Positions 15,698 to 24,085 of a DNA stretch of 32,607 nt are shown here, in pieces; the first letter of the stretch is position 1; every line of letters begins with the position of its first letter. The notes below the pieces were generated by a model, which made no database searches, was not told where the DNA came from, and was given only the letters and a program-made list of their open reading frames with translations. A program made the position numbers and the translations under genes. This DNA is from a virus (taxonomy: Duplodnaviria; Caudoviricetes), in the IMG/VR virus record IMGVR_UViG_3300032170_000043, positions 1 through 32,607 of that record, one strand, 5' to 3'.

Positions 15698-16687
15698 ATG
15701 GCTACTTTTACAGAGACCATTGATGATCTTTATATAACAACTTGGCAGGAAATGAGAAAGCAGGTAGTGGACACCTATTTTGACGCAACTCCATTCTATT
15801 TCTGGATGAAGAAGAAGGGACGGATAATGGAAGACCACACTGGTGGGAAATGGCTCGGTATTCCTCTTATGGTAGGTAAGAATGAGACCGTCGGTATGTA
15901 TCAGAAGGGCGGGTCATTTGAAGTTACCAGAACCGATAAGTTAGACCTGGCTAGATATGATTGGAAGTATATGGGTGGGTCACTTGTCAGGTATAAGACG
16001 GAAGAGCTTGAGAATAGAGGGAAGGCAAAAATCATTGATAGAATGACCGTGGAACTCGATAACTTGAAACTCTCTATCATAGATAAGATGGAAACTTATC
16101 TATTTGGAGATGGAAGTGGAGACAATGGACTTGCGTTTAATGGTCTGGATATTATCTGCGATGAAATTCCAACTGCTGCTGTGGATACTGCGAATAATCA
16201 GGAAGAAGTTGGTGGAATTCCACAACTTAGTAACACTTGGTGGAGAAATGTATATCGGGATATGGATAGTGATGGTACTGTAGTTTCCTTGAATATGATG
16301 AGTAGCTGGAAGTATGTCTATCGAAACGCAAAGAATGGAAACGATAGACCTGACATCATCGTAACTACCGACCAAATTTTGGATTGGTATGAAGATGAAT
16401 GTATAGAACTGAAAGCTATTGTCAACAAAACGTTAGGAGACGCAGGATTTGAAAACCTCACCTGGAGAGGTATTCCTATCGTTACGAGTCCATCCTGTAA
16501 ATCTGGTAGTGCCTACTTCCTGAACACAAAATATCTGGCTTTTGTAGCACAAGCAGGGGCAAATTTTGCTATGACTGAGTGGAAGGTGGCTCCTGATACT
16601 CTTGACAGATATGCTCAGATATTTGTGAGTGGTAACTTAGTTACTTCGCACAGAGCGAGACAGGGAGTGGCTTTTAACATTGACTAA
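15698..16687 (+). CDS. Major capsid protein
   Basis: 329 aa. TTW..VVDTYFDATP..KKG..GG..IP, LFGDG..FNGL, WWRN, PDIIVT, GFENL.WRG, YFLNTKYL and GNLVT..R..QG patterns of HK97-fold podovirus capsids. Confidence 0.9.
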   Translation: MATFTETIDDLYITTWQEMRKQVVDTYFDATPFYFWMKKKGRIMEDHTGGKWLGIPLMVGKNETVGMYQKGGSFEVTRTDKLDLARYDWKYMGGSLVRYKTEELENRGKAKIIDRMTVELDNLKLSIIDKMETYLFGDGSGDNGLAFNGLDIICDEIPTAAVDTANNQEEVGGIPQLSNTWWRNVYRDMDSDGTVVSLNMMSSWKYVYRNAKNGNDRPDIIVTTDQILDWYEDECIELKAIVNKTLGDAGFENLTWRGIPIVTSPSCKSGSAYFLNTKYLAFVAQAGANFAMTEWKVAPDTLDRYAQIFVSGNLVTSHRARQGVAFNID

Positions 16688-16693
16688 TGCTGA

Positions 16694-16775
16694 GGGGGTA
16701 TGTCTACGCTTAACTACATCTTCAGTAGCGTACCTCCGATAACCTCCTACGACGCAAACCAATGCTCGTTGAGGT
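16694..16775 (+). other. Structured intergenic region after the capsid gene
   Basis: GGGGGTATGTCTAC/GTAGCGTACCTCC stem, then ACCTC..ACGA.GCA/TGC.TCGT.GAGGT stem. Confidence 0.5.
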
Positions 16776-16798
16776 AAGAAAAACCAAAGGAGAAAAAG

Positions 16799-17596
16799 AT
16801 GAGTTTACCTACAAGAACTGAGACTACAAGAAAGGCTTTGCCTGGACATACTGGGCAAACCTGGGGTGTCCGAGGAGTCGGACAGAGTATATGGGAGGAG
16901 TCTAGTACTCCTAAACATAAGTTAGGAACTCGCCTGCAAATGGGTTGTAGAGTATTTTACTATGCTCATGCTAGTGAAGCTCTCTATAAGGGTAGTATGG
17001 CTTCATTTAATGTGAGATTCAACTATGATGACCCAGCACCCATAGCACATCCAATTAGAACTACCAAAATAAAGATAGGAACTGATGCTACTTCTGGTGG
17101 TTTTGCAAAAGACCAGTTTGCAGAAGGGATGTTGTTAGTAGCCGAAGGAACTGGAGAGGGAGACCAATATGTCATAAAAAGTAATGATGCTATTGCTGCC
17201 TCCACAGAGGGCTACATTTACATCTATGAGCCTGGATTGGTAACTGCCTTCAGTGCTACTCTTAGTGAACTCTGCGTAGCAACCAATCCTTTCTATGACC
17301 TGGCGGAAACTAACTCTGTTCAGGCATCTGGAGCTGGAATACCTCTCATTGATATTACTGGTGATGGGTATTACTTCTGGCTACAGACTTATGGGCCTGC
17401 TGCTGTGGAAGTCGTTACTGCTGCTGCCTCTGGTGCAGATGGTGCTGATGAGATGGCGATGATGCAAGATGGCACAGGTATGCTGGTAAAATGTGTAGCA
17501 GGTGGTTATCCTTGTGCACATTCACTTGGAACAGCTGCGGACTCGGTAGAAACAGATGCTGATTATGGATATGTGTTCTTGACTTGTGTAGCGTAA
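16799..17596 (+). CDS. Capsid decoration/cement-like protein (putative)
   Basis: Follows the major capsid gene. LGTR...RVFYY and YFWLQTYGPA patterns seen in proteins at this position. Confidence 0.55.
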   Translation: MSLPTRTETTRKALPGHTGQTWGVRGVGQSIWEESSTPKHKLGTRLQMGCRVFYYAHASEALYKGSMASFNVRFNYDDPAPIAHPIRTTKIKIGTDATSGGFAKDQFAEGMLLVAEGTGEGDQYVIKSNDAIAASTEGYIYIYEPGLVTAFSATLSELCVATNPFYDLAETNSVQASGAGIPLIDITGDGYYFWLQTYGPAAVEVVTAAASGADGADEMAMMQDGTGMLVKCVAGGYPCAHSLGTAADSVETDADYGYVFLTCVA

Positions 17597-17609
17597 AAGT
17601 AAGAAAAAT

Positions 17610-17700
17610 GGGGGGAGGGATTAACTCTCCCTCTCCCTTCGTTCAGAAGAAGGTGGTTAACGATGATGCCACCCGAAAAAATAGGGTCAACATAGCCCTA
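17610..17700 (+). terminator. Terminator-like hairpin plus two further hairpins
   Basis: GGGGGGAGGGA/TCCCTCTCCC followed by TTCGTT; then GGTGG/CCACC and TAGGG/CCCTA stems. Confidence 0.45.
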
Positions 17701-17716
17701 TAAAAAGGAGAAAAAA

Positions 17717-18733
17717 ATGAGTTTTTATCTAAAAAACAAATGGTCAAAAGAGTTGTTGATGCGGTTGCAGCAAACAACCACAGGAAAGATTATCTATGTA
17801 GATGGAACATACGGAAGTGATAGTGGTTCGGGTCTCTATCCTTTTGACGCTAAAGCAACTGTTCAAGGGGGAGTAGATGCTGTAACTACTAATAGAGGTG
17901 ATGTTGTTATAGTGGGAGCTGGCAGGTACTACGAAAATGTCAGAATTACAAAGAGTAAGATGACATTGATGGGAGCACAGACTGGGGGTAAGCAGTCAGT
18001 TAGTATTAGACCTGGTGGAGCTGGTGGAGGTTCTCCCCACGTGGTAGAGCATGCAGAAGCTACAACTCGATATGGATATAGCTCACTAGGGGGTGAAACA
18101 ATACGTGCAAGTGCTGTTACGGTAAATGCTGCCTCTGTTGAGATTTGTGGACTCCAATTCGATGCTTCTGATTTTGAATACACAGATGGCAATTACCGTC
18201 ACTACGGTGGAGTCTATATTGGTGATGGAACTAGAATTAATGCCAGCTACAATGAGGACTGTAACGGCTCCTATGTCCACGACTGTATATTCAAGCGTGG
18301 TTATATAGGACTACATTATGACGGTGCTTCCGAAGACCATAGATGTGAGAATAATCTGTTCTACCGACAGACTGCTGGTAGTGCAAGGGGTTCTATATTT
18401 ATTGATCCAGGAAGCAGTAGGCAATGTGAGCGAATACTCATAGCATACAATACGTTCATGGCTATAGATACGGGATCGTATGGTGTTTTTGGGTATAACA
18501 CTGCTGAGACACATGATTGTATAATTGCTCACAACATATTTCAAGCACGTGATGGGAAGACAATCGGTGATTGTATCTATTATAAAGGAGCAGGCGGATG
18601 GTTATTGGCTGGTAATTACTATGGATGTGCTGATGCTCAATCAGCTTCCCTAGATACTGGTGGTTATACTGCTGGAAACTATATGGGTGTGGCTGGAGCT
18701 GATCCAGTAGCAAAGTATTTGAAAGAAGCATAA
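17717..18733 (+). CDS. Right-handed beta-helix (pectin lyase-like) virion fibre/spike
   Basis: IIYVDG..GSD..AKATVQ.GVD..GDVVIVGAGRYYENV cap, then parallel beta-helix repeats (ENNLF, AYNTF, AHNIF, AGNY). Confidence 0.8.
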   Translation: MSFYLKNKWSKELLMRLQQTTTGKIIYVDGTYGSDSGSGLYPFDAKATVQGGVDAVTTNRGDVVIVGAGRYYENVRITKSKMTLMGAQTGGKQSVSIRPGGAGGGSPHVVEHAEATTRYGYSSLGGETIRASAVTVNAASVEICGLQFDASDFEYTDGNYRHYGGVYIGDGTRINASYNEDCNGSYVHDCIFKRGYIGLHYDGASEDHRCENNLFYRQTAGSARGSIFIDPGSSRQCERILIAYNTFMAIDTGSYGVFGYNTAETHDCIIAHNIFQARDGKTIGDCIYYKGAGGWLLAGNYYGCADAQSASLDTGGYTAGNYMGVAGADPVAKYLKEA

Positions 18734-18745
18734 TGATTAAAAGGT

Positions 18746-18943
18746 ATGGTGATGTTATACCAAGTAAAATACCAATTAAGTGTGGTTGTTGAAGCAGATG
18801 CGGAAAATGAAGCTGGTATGAAAGCTAGAAAAGATGTTATAGCTCATACCAATAATGATTGGTGGAATCAACACCTACTCAACATAGAAGTGAGTAAACT
18901 TGGCTCTTTAGTAAGTGACAAAGGCGAAGGGGCTGCGCCTTAA
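18746..18943 (+). CDS. Hypothetical protein
   Basis: ORF in the operon direction (VVVEADAENEA). Confidence 0.55.
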   Translation: MVMLYQVKYQLSVVVEADAENEAGMKARKDVIAHTNNDWWNQHLLNIEVSKLGSLVSDKGEGAAP

Positions 18944-19024
18944 ATCAGCCCCACACTAACAAAACATTTCCGATAATATACAAGAAATGTATACCTAGAG
19001 AAATAGAATATAAAGGTGATTGTT

Positions 19025-19732
19025 ATGGCTTTAACGCATGCCAATCTCGTATTACAGGTTATAGAGGACACAGGCAGAAGTGACAAGTCAGATGAGATAG
19101 GCAACTATGTCAATAGAGCACAGGTTATTATCGTCAGGGATGCGTCAGTTTTACATCACGACTTTACCTGTATGAAAAAAGAAAAGTATGTTGACACAGT
19201 AAATGGACAGAAAACATATACCTTCCCTCCTAAAATGAAATCCTTCTATGACCTGCGTATTTGTGAGTCAGGCGATAAACGGAAACTTCATACCTTAACG
19301 CCTCGCTATCAAGACTTACAACGCCCATATCCAGAGGGTGATTCAGAGGGTTTGCCAGTATATTATATCCCCTGGGGAACTTATTTTGAACTCTCTCCCA
19401 TTCCTGATGATGCATACACTATGCATTTAAGATGTCTCCTATGGCCTACGGATATGACTACGGGTACTTCTGAACTTCTCTATATGGATGAAGTGATTAT
19501 AAAGTGTGCAGATTGGCTTACCGTTCTATCACTTAACCTTGAGAAAGATATACGAAGGTTTAAGGCTGAATATAGGGATATGCTCAACTCTGCAATTAGG
19601 TCTGATAGAGATGCTCATAAGTATGACTTAAAATTGAAAGCTCAACCCTTTGTTAGTGGAATTAGTAGTTTAGAGGCTGGTGAGCTTGGTGATTACTGGA
19701 AGAAACCATCCTGGATGAGAAGTCCGATGTGA
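19025..19732 (+). CDS. Head-tail adaptor / tail tubular protein A-like
   Basis: Helical N-terminus (EIGNYVNRAQ), TVNGQKTYTFP and GLPVYY..FELSPIPDDAYTM patterns; upstream of the nozzle. Start at ATG 19025 or GTG 19016. Confidence 0.75.
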   Translation: MALTHANLVLQVIEDTGRSDKSDEIGNYVNRAQVIIVRDASVLHHDFTCMKKEKYVDTVNGQKTYTFPPKMKSFYDLRICESGDKRKLHTLTPRYQDLQRPYPEGDSEGLPVYYIPWGTYFELSPIPDDAYTMHLRCLLWPTDMTTGTSELLYMDEVIIKCADWLTVLSLNLEKDIRRFKAEYRDMLNSAIRSDRDAHKYDLKLKAQPFVSGISSLEAGELGDYWKKPSWMRSPM

Positions 19733-19744
19733 AAGGAAAATAAA

Positions 19745-19894
19745 ATGGGACTAATCTTAATGTTCATTGGAAGTGCAGGAATTGTAGCCTCTACGGTTAT
19801 GGAAATAATTACCAGAGAAAAAGTCTATTTAATTATGATGAAGGTCTTTCCGTGGTTGTTAGCCGTTGGGGCTATAATCTGGAGTCTTGGATAA
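19745..19894 (+). CDS. Small 2-TM membrane protein (holin candidate), 49 aa
   Basis: Translated by hand: MGLILMFIGSAGIVASTVMEIITREKVYLIMMKVFPWLLAVGAIIWSLG. AAGGA SD. Confidence 0.55.
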   Translation: MGLILMFIGSAGIVASTVMEIITREKVYLIMMKVFPWLLAVGAIIWSLG

Positions 19895-20035
19895 ATGACC
19901 AAGATAGCATTGGAAAAAAAATTAGAACTTCTCAGAGATGAACTTAATATAGCTCAAGCAAAAATTACTTTAGTTATAGCATTGATTAATATAGTTTTAG
20001 AAAAAAACAAGGATGTAAAGAATGCCCACACGTGA
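19895..20035 (+). CDS. Small coiled-coil protein, 46 aa
   Basis: Translated by hand (MTKIALEKKLELLRDELNIAQAKITL...). Abuts the previous stop and overlaps the next start. Confidence 0.5.
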   Translation: MTKIALEKKLELLRDELNIAQAKITLVIALINIVLEKNKDVKNAHT

Positions 20036-21569
20036 GGACGAACAGGGGATAATTTCTCCAGCTATCATAGCTCCTTCCAGGATGCTGGATTCAAGAATAC
20101 CTGCTTTAGCACTTGACCCCAGACACGCTTCCAGTTGTCAGGATGTTAGACCCGAAGGTGGAGTGCTAAAGAAACGCACAGGATACGCTGCTTTTGATGT
20201 TGATATTTCTAGTAGTGGAAGTGATTTGAGTGGGAGAATACAAGGTTTATGTCAAACTCCTTTTGGTTGGGATGATGATATAGTTATACTTTTACAGGAT
20301 GGAACAGACACCAAGTATTATCTCTACGATACAAGTGAGGCAGATGCAGGAAATCCGCCTTGGATGTTAGAGGAAACAATAACTCCTCAGACAGAATATA
20401 GTCAACTATCGTGGTGTCCAGCAGTTACATCAGGAGGAGTTCAAGTAGTTATTCTCTGTGATAACAAAGCTAGGTTGCAGATATGGGATAACACACAAGA
20501 TGCTGGTTCTAAAATAGCCTCTCTTACCCTGGACAGTGATAGTCAAGTCTTAAGAGCAAAAGTAGTTAGATATTATAAAGGCCACTTAATTTTATTTAAT
20601 GTAGGTTCTTATGCTGATACAACGTGGACACAGGCTGAAAGAAGAATACAGTGGATGAACGCTGGAGATATAGAGGATGTTGATGGAGGTGATTATGGAA
20701 GTAATTTACTCCTTGGAAGAACTGGAGGACACATAAGAGGAGCGGAAGCATTAGCAGATGATATGACTATCTACTGTGAACACGAGATAATCAGAATGAC
20801 TTATATAGGGGGAACTAGCATATTTAGATTTGACCCTATGGTTGCTGACACAGGACTTGCAGCCCAGAACGCTATACTTAATTTAGGAGATAGACATTTA
20901 TTCCTTGCAGATAACTATACTGTGCAGGAATATTGTGGTGGGCAATATTGTAGACCCATAGGCGACCCTATTAACTCCAGTATTCAGTCTAACATAAATA
21001 AAACTTACTATGAGAATAGCTTTTTTGTAGATGCAAAAGGATTAAATGAGGGATGGTTATTTATTCCAACTTCTGGTGAAACTCCTGATACAGTTTATGT
21101 AATTAAATATGGTATGTGTCTTCAGGAATATTGCTGGTATAAATATAGTATGACCGCTTTTGCTGCTATGGTTCACGATAACTGGTATGTTCTGGCGGGT
21201 GGAACTAATATTATCAATGACTATGACTATTCCAGCAAAAATGATGGCTCTACTTTAATAGATGGATATTGGGAGTCTATAGACTTTACAAACATCCAAA
21301 ATCCTTCACAGAGAATTAGACATCAAGGAATTAGGTTTGAGGGAAAGGGTGATGAGGTTACTGTTGAATATTCTAGCACTGAAGGAAGTGCAAGCTCGTG
21401 GAATACCGTAGGGACTCAAACCTTAACAAGCAGTTGGGCATACTATGAACTTCCTTACGATAGTGGATACAAAAGAAAGATTAGATATAGATTTAGAAAT
21501 AACAGTAGTGGGGAAACTTTTGAGATTAAATGGTTCCAGCCGATTATGTTGCCCGCAGGTGAGAGATGA
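20022..21569 (+). CDS. Tail nozzle / tubular protein B-like (P22 gp10 / T7 gp12 equivalent)
   Basis: 515 aa, acidic and beta-rich. LKKRTGY start, YKGHLILF..RIQW and TGLAAQNAI..HLFL propeller-like pattern, C-terminal RKIRYRF; follows the adaptor. Confidence 0.75.
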   Translation: MPTREDEQGIISPAIIAPSRMLDSRIPALALDPRHASSCQDVRPEGGVLKKRTGYAAFDVDISSSGSDLSGRIQGLCQTPFGWDDDIVILLQDGTDTKYYLYDTSEADAGNPPWMLEETITPQTEYSQLSWCPAVTSGGVQVVILCDNKARLQIWDNTQDAGSKIASLTLDSDSQVLRAKVVRYYKGHLILFNVGSYADTTWTQAERRIQWMNAGDIEDVDGGDYGSNLLLGRTGGHIRGAEALADDMTIYCEHEIIRMTYIGGTSIFRFDPMVADTGLAAQNAILNLGDRHLFLADNYTVQEYCGGQYCRPIGDPINSSIQSNINKTYYENSFFVDAKGLNEGWLFIPTSGETPDTVYVIKYGMCLQEYCWYKYSMTAFAAMVHDNWYVLAGGTNIINDYDYSSKNDGSTLIDGYWESIDFTNIQNPSQRIRHQGIRFEGKGDEVTVEYSSTEGSASSWNTVGTQTLTSSWAYYELPYDSGYKRKIRYRFRNNSSGETFEIKWFQPIMLPAGER

Positions 21570-22414
21570 AAACACCAGCAGTTCCTCATTTACCTAGACC
21601 TCCTGATATTACCAGAGCTAGTTGTCCAGATGATAGAGCTAGACCCATTAACTATCTTGCTGATTATTTCTGGAGGCGGAATTTGGCTTTTCCATTTTTT
21701 AGTATCTTTCTTGACTTATATTATGGACACTGTTTGTTTCCTGATAAGACAGTTGACTATGGAGAAATTACTTACGATGGCACAGATTTGACTATAAACA
21801 TCGAGGGAACTGAGTATACCAGGGTATGGACTTCTGATGAAATAGAGTTCTCACGATTATCAGGTGATAACTATATTCTTCGTAGGGGTGATGCTAGTAC
21901 TTATGAAGATTGTAAAACTGATTATGAAGATAATCCATATTGGGCTGTGCTGGAATCTACGTCTGATGCTCGCCCAATGTGGGGAAATGAAGATCGTTAT
22001 CCACAAACTCCTAGATATAGAATCATAGCCTGGCAATTTTATTTAGATTATGACACATCTTCTCTTTCATCAGTTGCTACTGCAAAGTTGGTTTTTTCGG
22101 TTGGTCAAGTAATTAGAATGACTACTGATGAATATCCTATGGTGTATATTTATGAACACGATTTTGGAACACTAGATACTGGCGACTGGACAGGAGGGAC
22201 TAAAATCGCAGAAAGAGAGTTTACGGATGATGATGAAGGAACTGATGTTGAAATATCGATAGATCCATCACACGTAAATCCAGATGGTCATTCTAAGTTT
22301 AGAATTACATTAAAAAGAATAGTAGAATTAGATTATTGGCCAGGGCCTAGTGATCCAACATATTATCAACACGACCCTCGATGCCCAACAGTTAAATTGG
22401 TGGTAACAGAATAA
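21566..22414 (+). CDS. Tail-associated protein with jelly-roll/carbohydrate-binding-like C-terminal domain
   Basis: ATGA-coupled to the nozzle. YLDYDTSSL..VATAKLVF resembles DNRLRE/CBM96-type domains (by eye). Confidence 0.55.
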   Translation: MKTPAVPHLPRPPDITRASCPDDRARPINYLADYFWRRNLAFPFFSIFLDLYYGHCLFPDKTVDYGEITYDGTDLTINIEGTEYTRVWTSDEIEFSRLSGDNYILRRGDASTYEDCKTDYEDNPYWAVLESTSDARPMWGNEDRYPQTPRYRIIAWQFYLDYDTSSLSSVATAKLVFSVGQVIRMTTDEYPMVYIYEHDFGTLDTGDWTGGTKIAEREFTDDDEGTDVEISIDPSHVNPDGHSKFRITLKRIVELDYWPGPSDPTYYQHDPRCPTVKLVVTE

Positions 22415-22417
22415 TAA

Positions 22418-22454
22418 CCCTGTAATTAAGTTGCCTCGTATTCCTCCTCAGATA
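22418..22454 (+). repeat. 37-bp direct repeat, copy 1
   Basis: CCCTGTAATTAAGTTGCCTCGTATTCCTCCTCAGATA, identical to 22988-23024. Confidence 0.95.
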
Positions 22455-22922
22455 TTAATGGGGAGCAATTAGGGTGGTTAGACTTACTGTATCATTAGTC
22501 CTATTACCATATTCTACTGTTACTTTTACTTCTAAGTAATCATAGCTGTTGCTCATACCATCATCATCATGGTATTGAGCTTGGGTGAGCATTTTCTGAT
22601 TGGTAAGATTATCCACCGTTACAGAATCATAGGTGGGACTGATTGAGAGATTCCAGTTGTCTCCTCGTGTAATGTAATAGGGATTGTAATAAGGATTAAA
22701 GTCGGAGGGAATAATCTTTGAATACTCTGCTGCTTTTAACTCTTCTAGCCTTCCACTGGCTATTAAGAGGGCAGCCTGAGGATAGCCTTCTCGAACAATG
22801 GCAACTCGACTATAAAAGAAGAACATTCCCATACCTAGAATTATTATGGCTATGATAAACAAAGAAACCATTAATTCTATTAAAGTGGCTCCGTTGTTTG
22901 AGCCAAAGTGAGTAACTTTCAT
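22455..22922 (-). CDS. Type IV minor pilin / pseudopilin-like protein (PilV/GspI-like)
   Basis: Class III signal peptide MKVTHFGSNNG|ATLIELMVSLFIIAIIILG (Gly-1, Glu+5, hydrophobic helix), then A..IA..RLEELKA and C-terminal LEVKVTVEY..VSLTTLI strands. Confidence 0.9.
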   Translation of the reverse strand: MKVTHFGSNNGATLIELMVSLFIIAIIILGMGMFFFYSRVAIVREGYPQAALLIASGRLEELKAAEYSKIIPSDFNPYYNPYYITRGDNWNLSISPTYDSVTVDNLTNQKMLTQAQYHDDDGMSNSYDYLEVKVTVEYGNRTNDTVSLTTLIAPH

Positions 22923-22932
22923 TGCAACGATT

Positions 22933-22960
22933 AATATAATACAATTTTCATTTTTGTCAA
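22933..22960 (-). promoter_or_regulatory. Pilin gene promoter TTGACA-N16-TATATT
   Basis: The -10 box ends 10 nt before the ATG and there is no SD, so the mRNA would be near-leaderless. Confidence 0.7.
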
Positions 22961-22970
22961 GAGGTTACTA

Positions 22971-23255
22971 ATGGCATTAAAAATTGGCCCTGTAATTAAG
23001 TTGCCTCGTATTCCTCCTCAGATAGATAATGAGGAGGTTAGAAAATACTTAGAGCAAAATGACCGTGCTGTTGGCGATTTTGTCAAAAGAGTTTATGATG
23101 ATATATCTAATGGACGAGTTAAGCACAGACTCTATACTTCTGTCCCTACTACCAGCGATGTAGAAGAAGGCGAAGTTGTGTTTTATAAAAGTAACTCAAC
23201 CGTAAGACTTTATATGAATGTAGATGGAACTATGAAATATATAACTATGACTTAG
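22971..23255 (+). CDS. Small tail protein (needle/fibre anchor-like)
   Basis: GAGG SD; Pro-rich start, helix, then short beta strands; lies between nozzle and ejection genes. Confidence 0.65.
   Translation: MALKIGPVIKLPRIPPQIDNEEVRKYLEQNDRAVGDFVKRVYDDISNGRVKHRLYTSVPTTSDVEEGEVVFYKSNSTVRLYMNVDGTMKYITMT
22988..23024 (+). repeat. 37-bp direct repeat, copy 2 (codons 6-18 of the 94-aa gene)
   Basis: Identical to 22418-22454. Confidence 0.95.
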
Positions 23256-23267
23256 GGGGTGTTTTGA

Positions 23268-24065
23268 ATGGCAACTATTCTTGAAAGAGAAGCAGCAGCG
23301 AGACGTAAAAGAGCAGGTAAAACTGCTTGGGCAGGTGCTCCAGGAGGCCCTCCATATCCAGGGGAACCTGGGATAGCTGCTAGAGGACGAGCAAGTTGGC
23401 CTAGAAGGGGTTATCAAATTCCTGGCCCATACGGTGTTACGGGAACGGGACGTGGACAGCAAATATATGGTTATAGTGGAGGTCGTCCTCTTTATACGCC
23501 AACTGCCCAATGGCGTCGGGAACAAGAGGAAAGGGAGAAACCTAGATTTGGTGAATACCCTACTTTAACCAGACCACAACAGACTATACTCTCAGGTTTA
23601 ATGCGTGAACCTGAAGCACCTGCTCCTTATGCTCCTATTGGTTTACCAGGTGCAGGTGAGAGAGGTGCTGCACTCAGTAGAATGATGGGAGTTTCACCAG
23701 CAGAAGAAGAGGCAGCTATTCAGAGAATGGCTCAACCTGCTATGAGACAATTCAGGCAGGAAGTACTTCCAGGTATTAGAGGCACACACGCAGGAGCAGG
23801 AACTATGTGGTCTACTATGAGAGCAGGAGAGGAGGCTAGAGCGGGAGCTGGATTAAGTGAAAGATTAGCTGGAATGGGTGAGCAGTATAGAATGGGTAGG
23901 CGTGGTCAGGCTATGCAAGCAGCAGGAATAGGATTACAGGAAGCTATGGGTGGAGCACAGTTAGGAATGCAACAATATGGAATGGGGTTACAAGCTCAAC
24001 AGAGAAGACAAGCAATGTTAGCTCAACTTCTCGGAATACCTATGATGGGAGTGTATTCATATTAA
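23268..24065 (+). CDS. Internal virion / ejection protein (putative)
   Basis: Gly/Ala/Gln/Arg/Met-rich low-complexity protein; first of three genes after the tail genes, as in P22/T7-like phages. Confidence 0.6.
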   Translation: MATILEREAAARRKRAGKTAWAGAPGGPPYPGEPGIAARGRASWPRRGYQIPGPYGVTGTGRGQQIYGYSGGRPLYTPTAQWRREQEEREKPRFGEYPTLTRPQQTILSGLMREPEAPAPYAPIGLPGAGERGAALSRMMGVSPAEEEAAIQRMAQPAMRQFRQEVLPGIRGTHAGAGTMWSTMRAGEEARAGAGLSERLAGMGEQYRMGRRGQAMQAAGIGLQEAMGGAQLGMQQYGMGLQAQQRRQAMLAQLLGIPMMGVYSY

Positions 24066-24085
24066 CATAAGTGAGGTGATATAAT

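Noticed and set aside
5364-17700. Structured intergenic elements as tRNA or known riboswitches
   Set aside because: No cloverleaf, T-loop/CCA or recognisable aptamer consensus was seen by eye; an Infernal search is needed to exclude these fully.
18929-18952. GGGGCTG/CAGCCCC hairpin as a terminator
   Set aside because: It has a short stem and no following U tract.
22418-23024. 37-bp repeat as a DGR template/variable repeat pair or as attL/attR
   Set aside because: The copies are identical with no adenine-specific differences. No reverse transcriptase, integrase or tRNA is present in the window.
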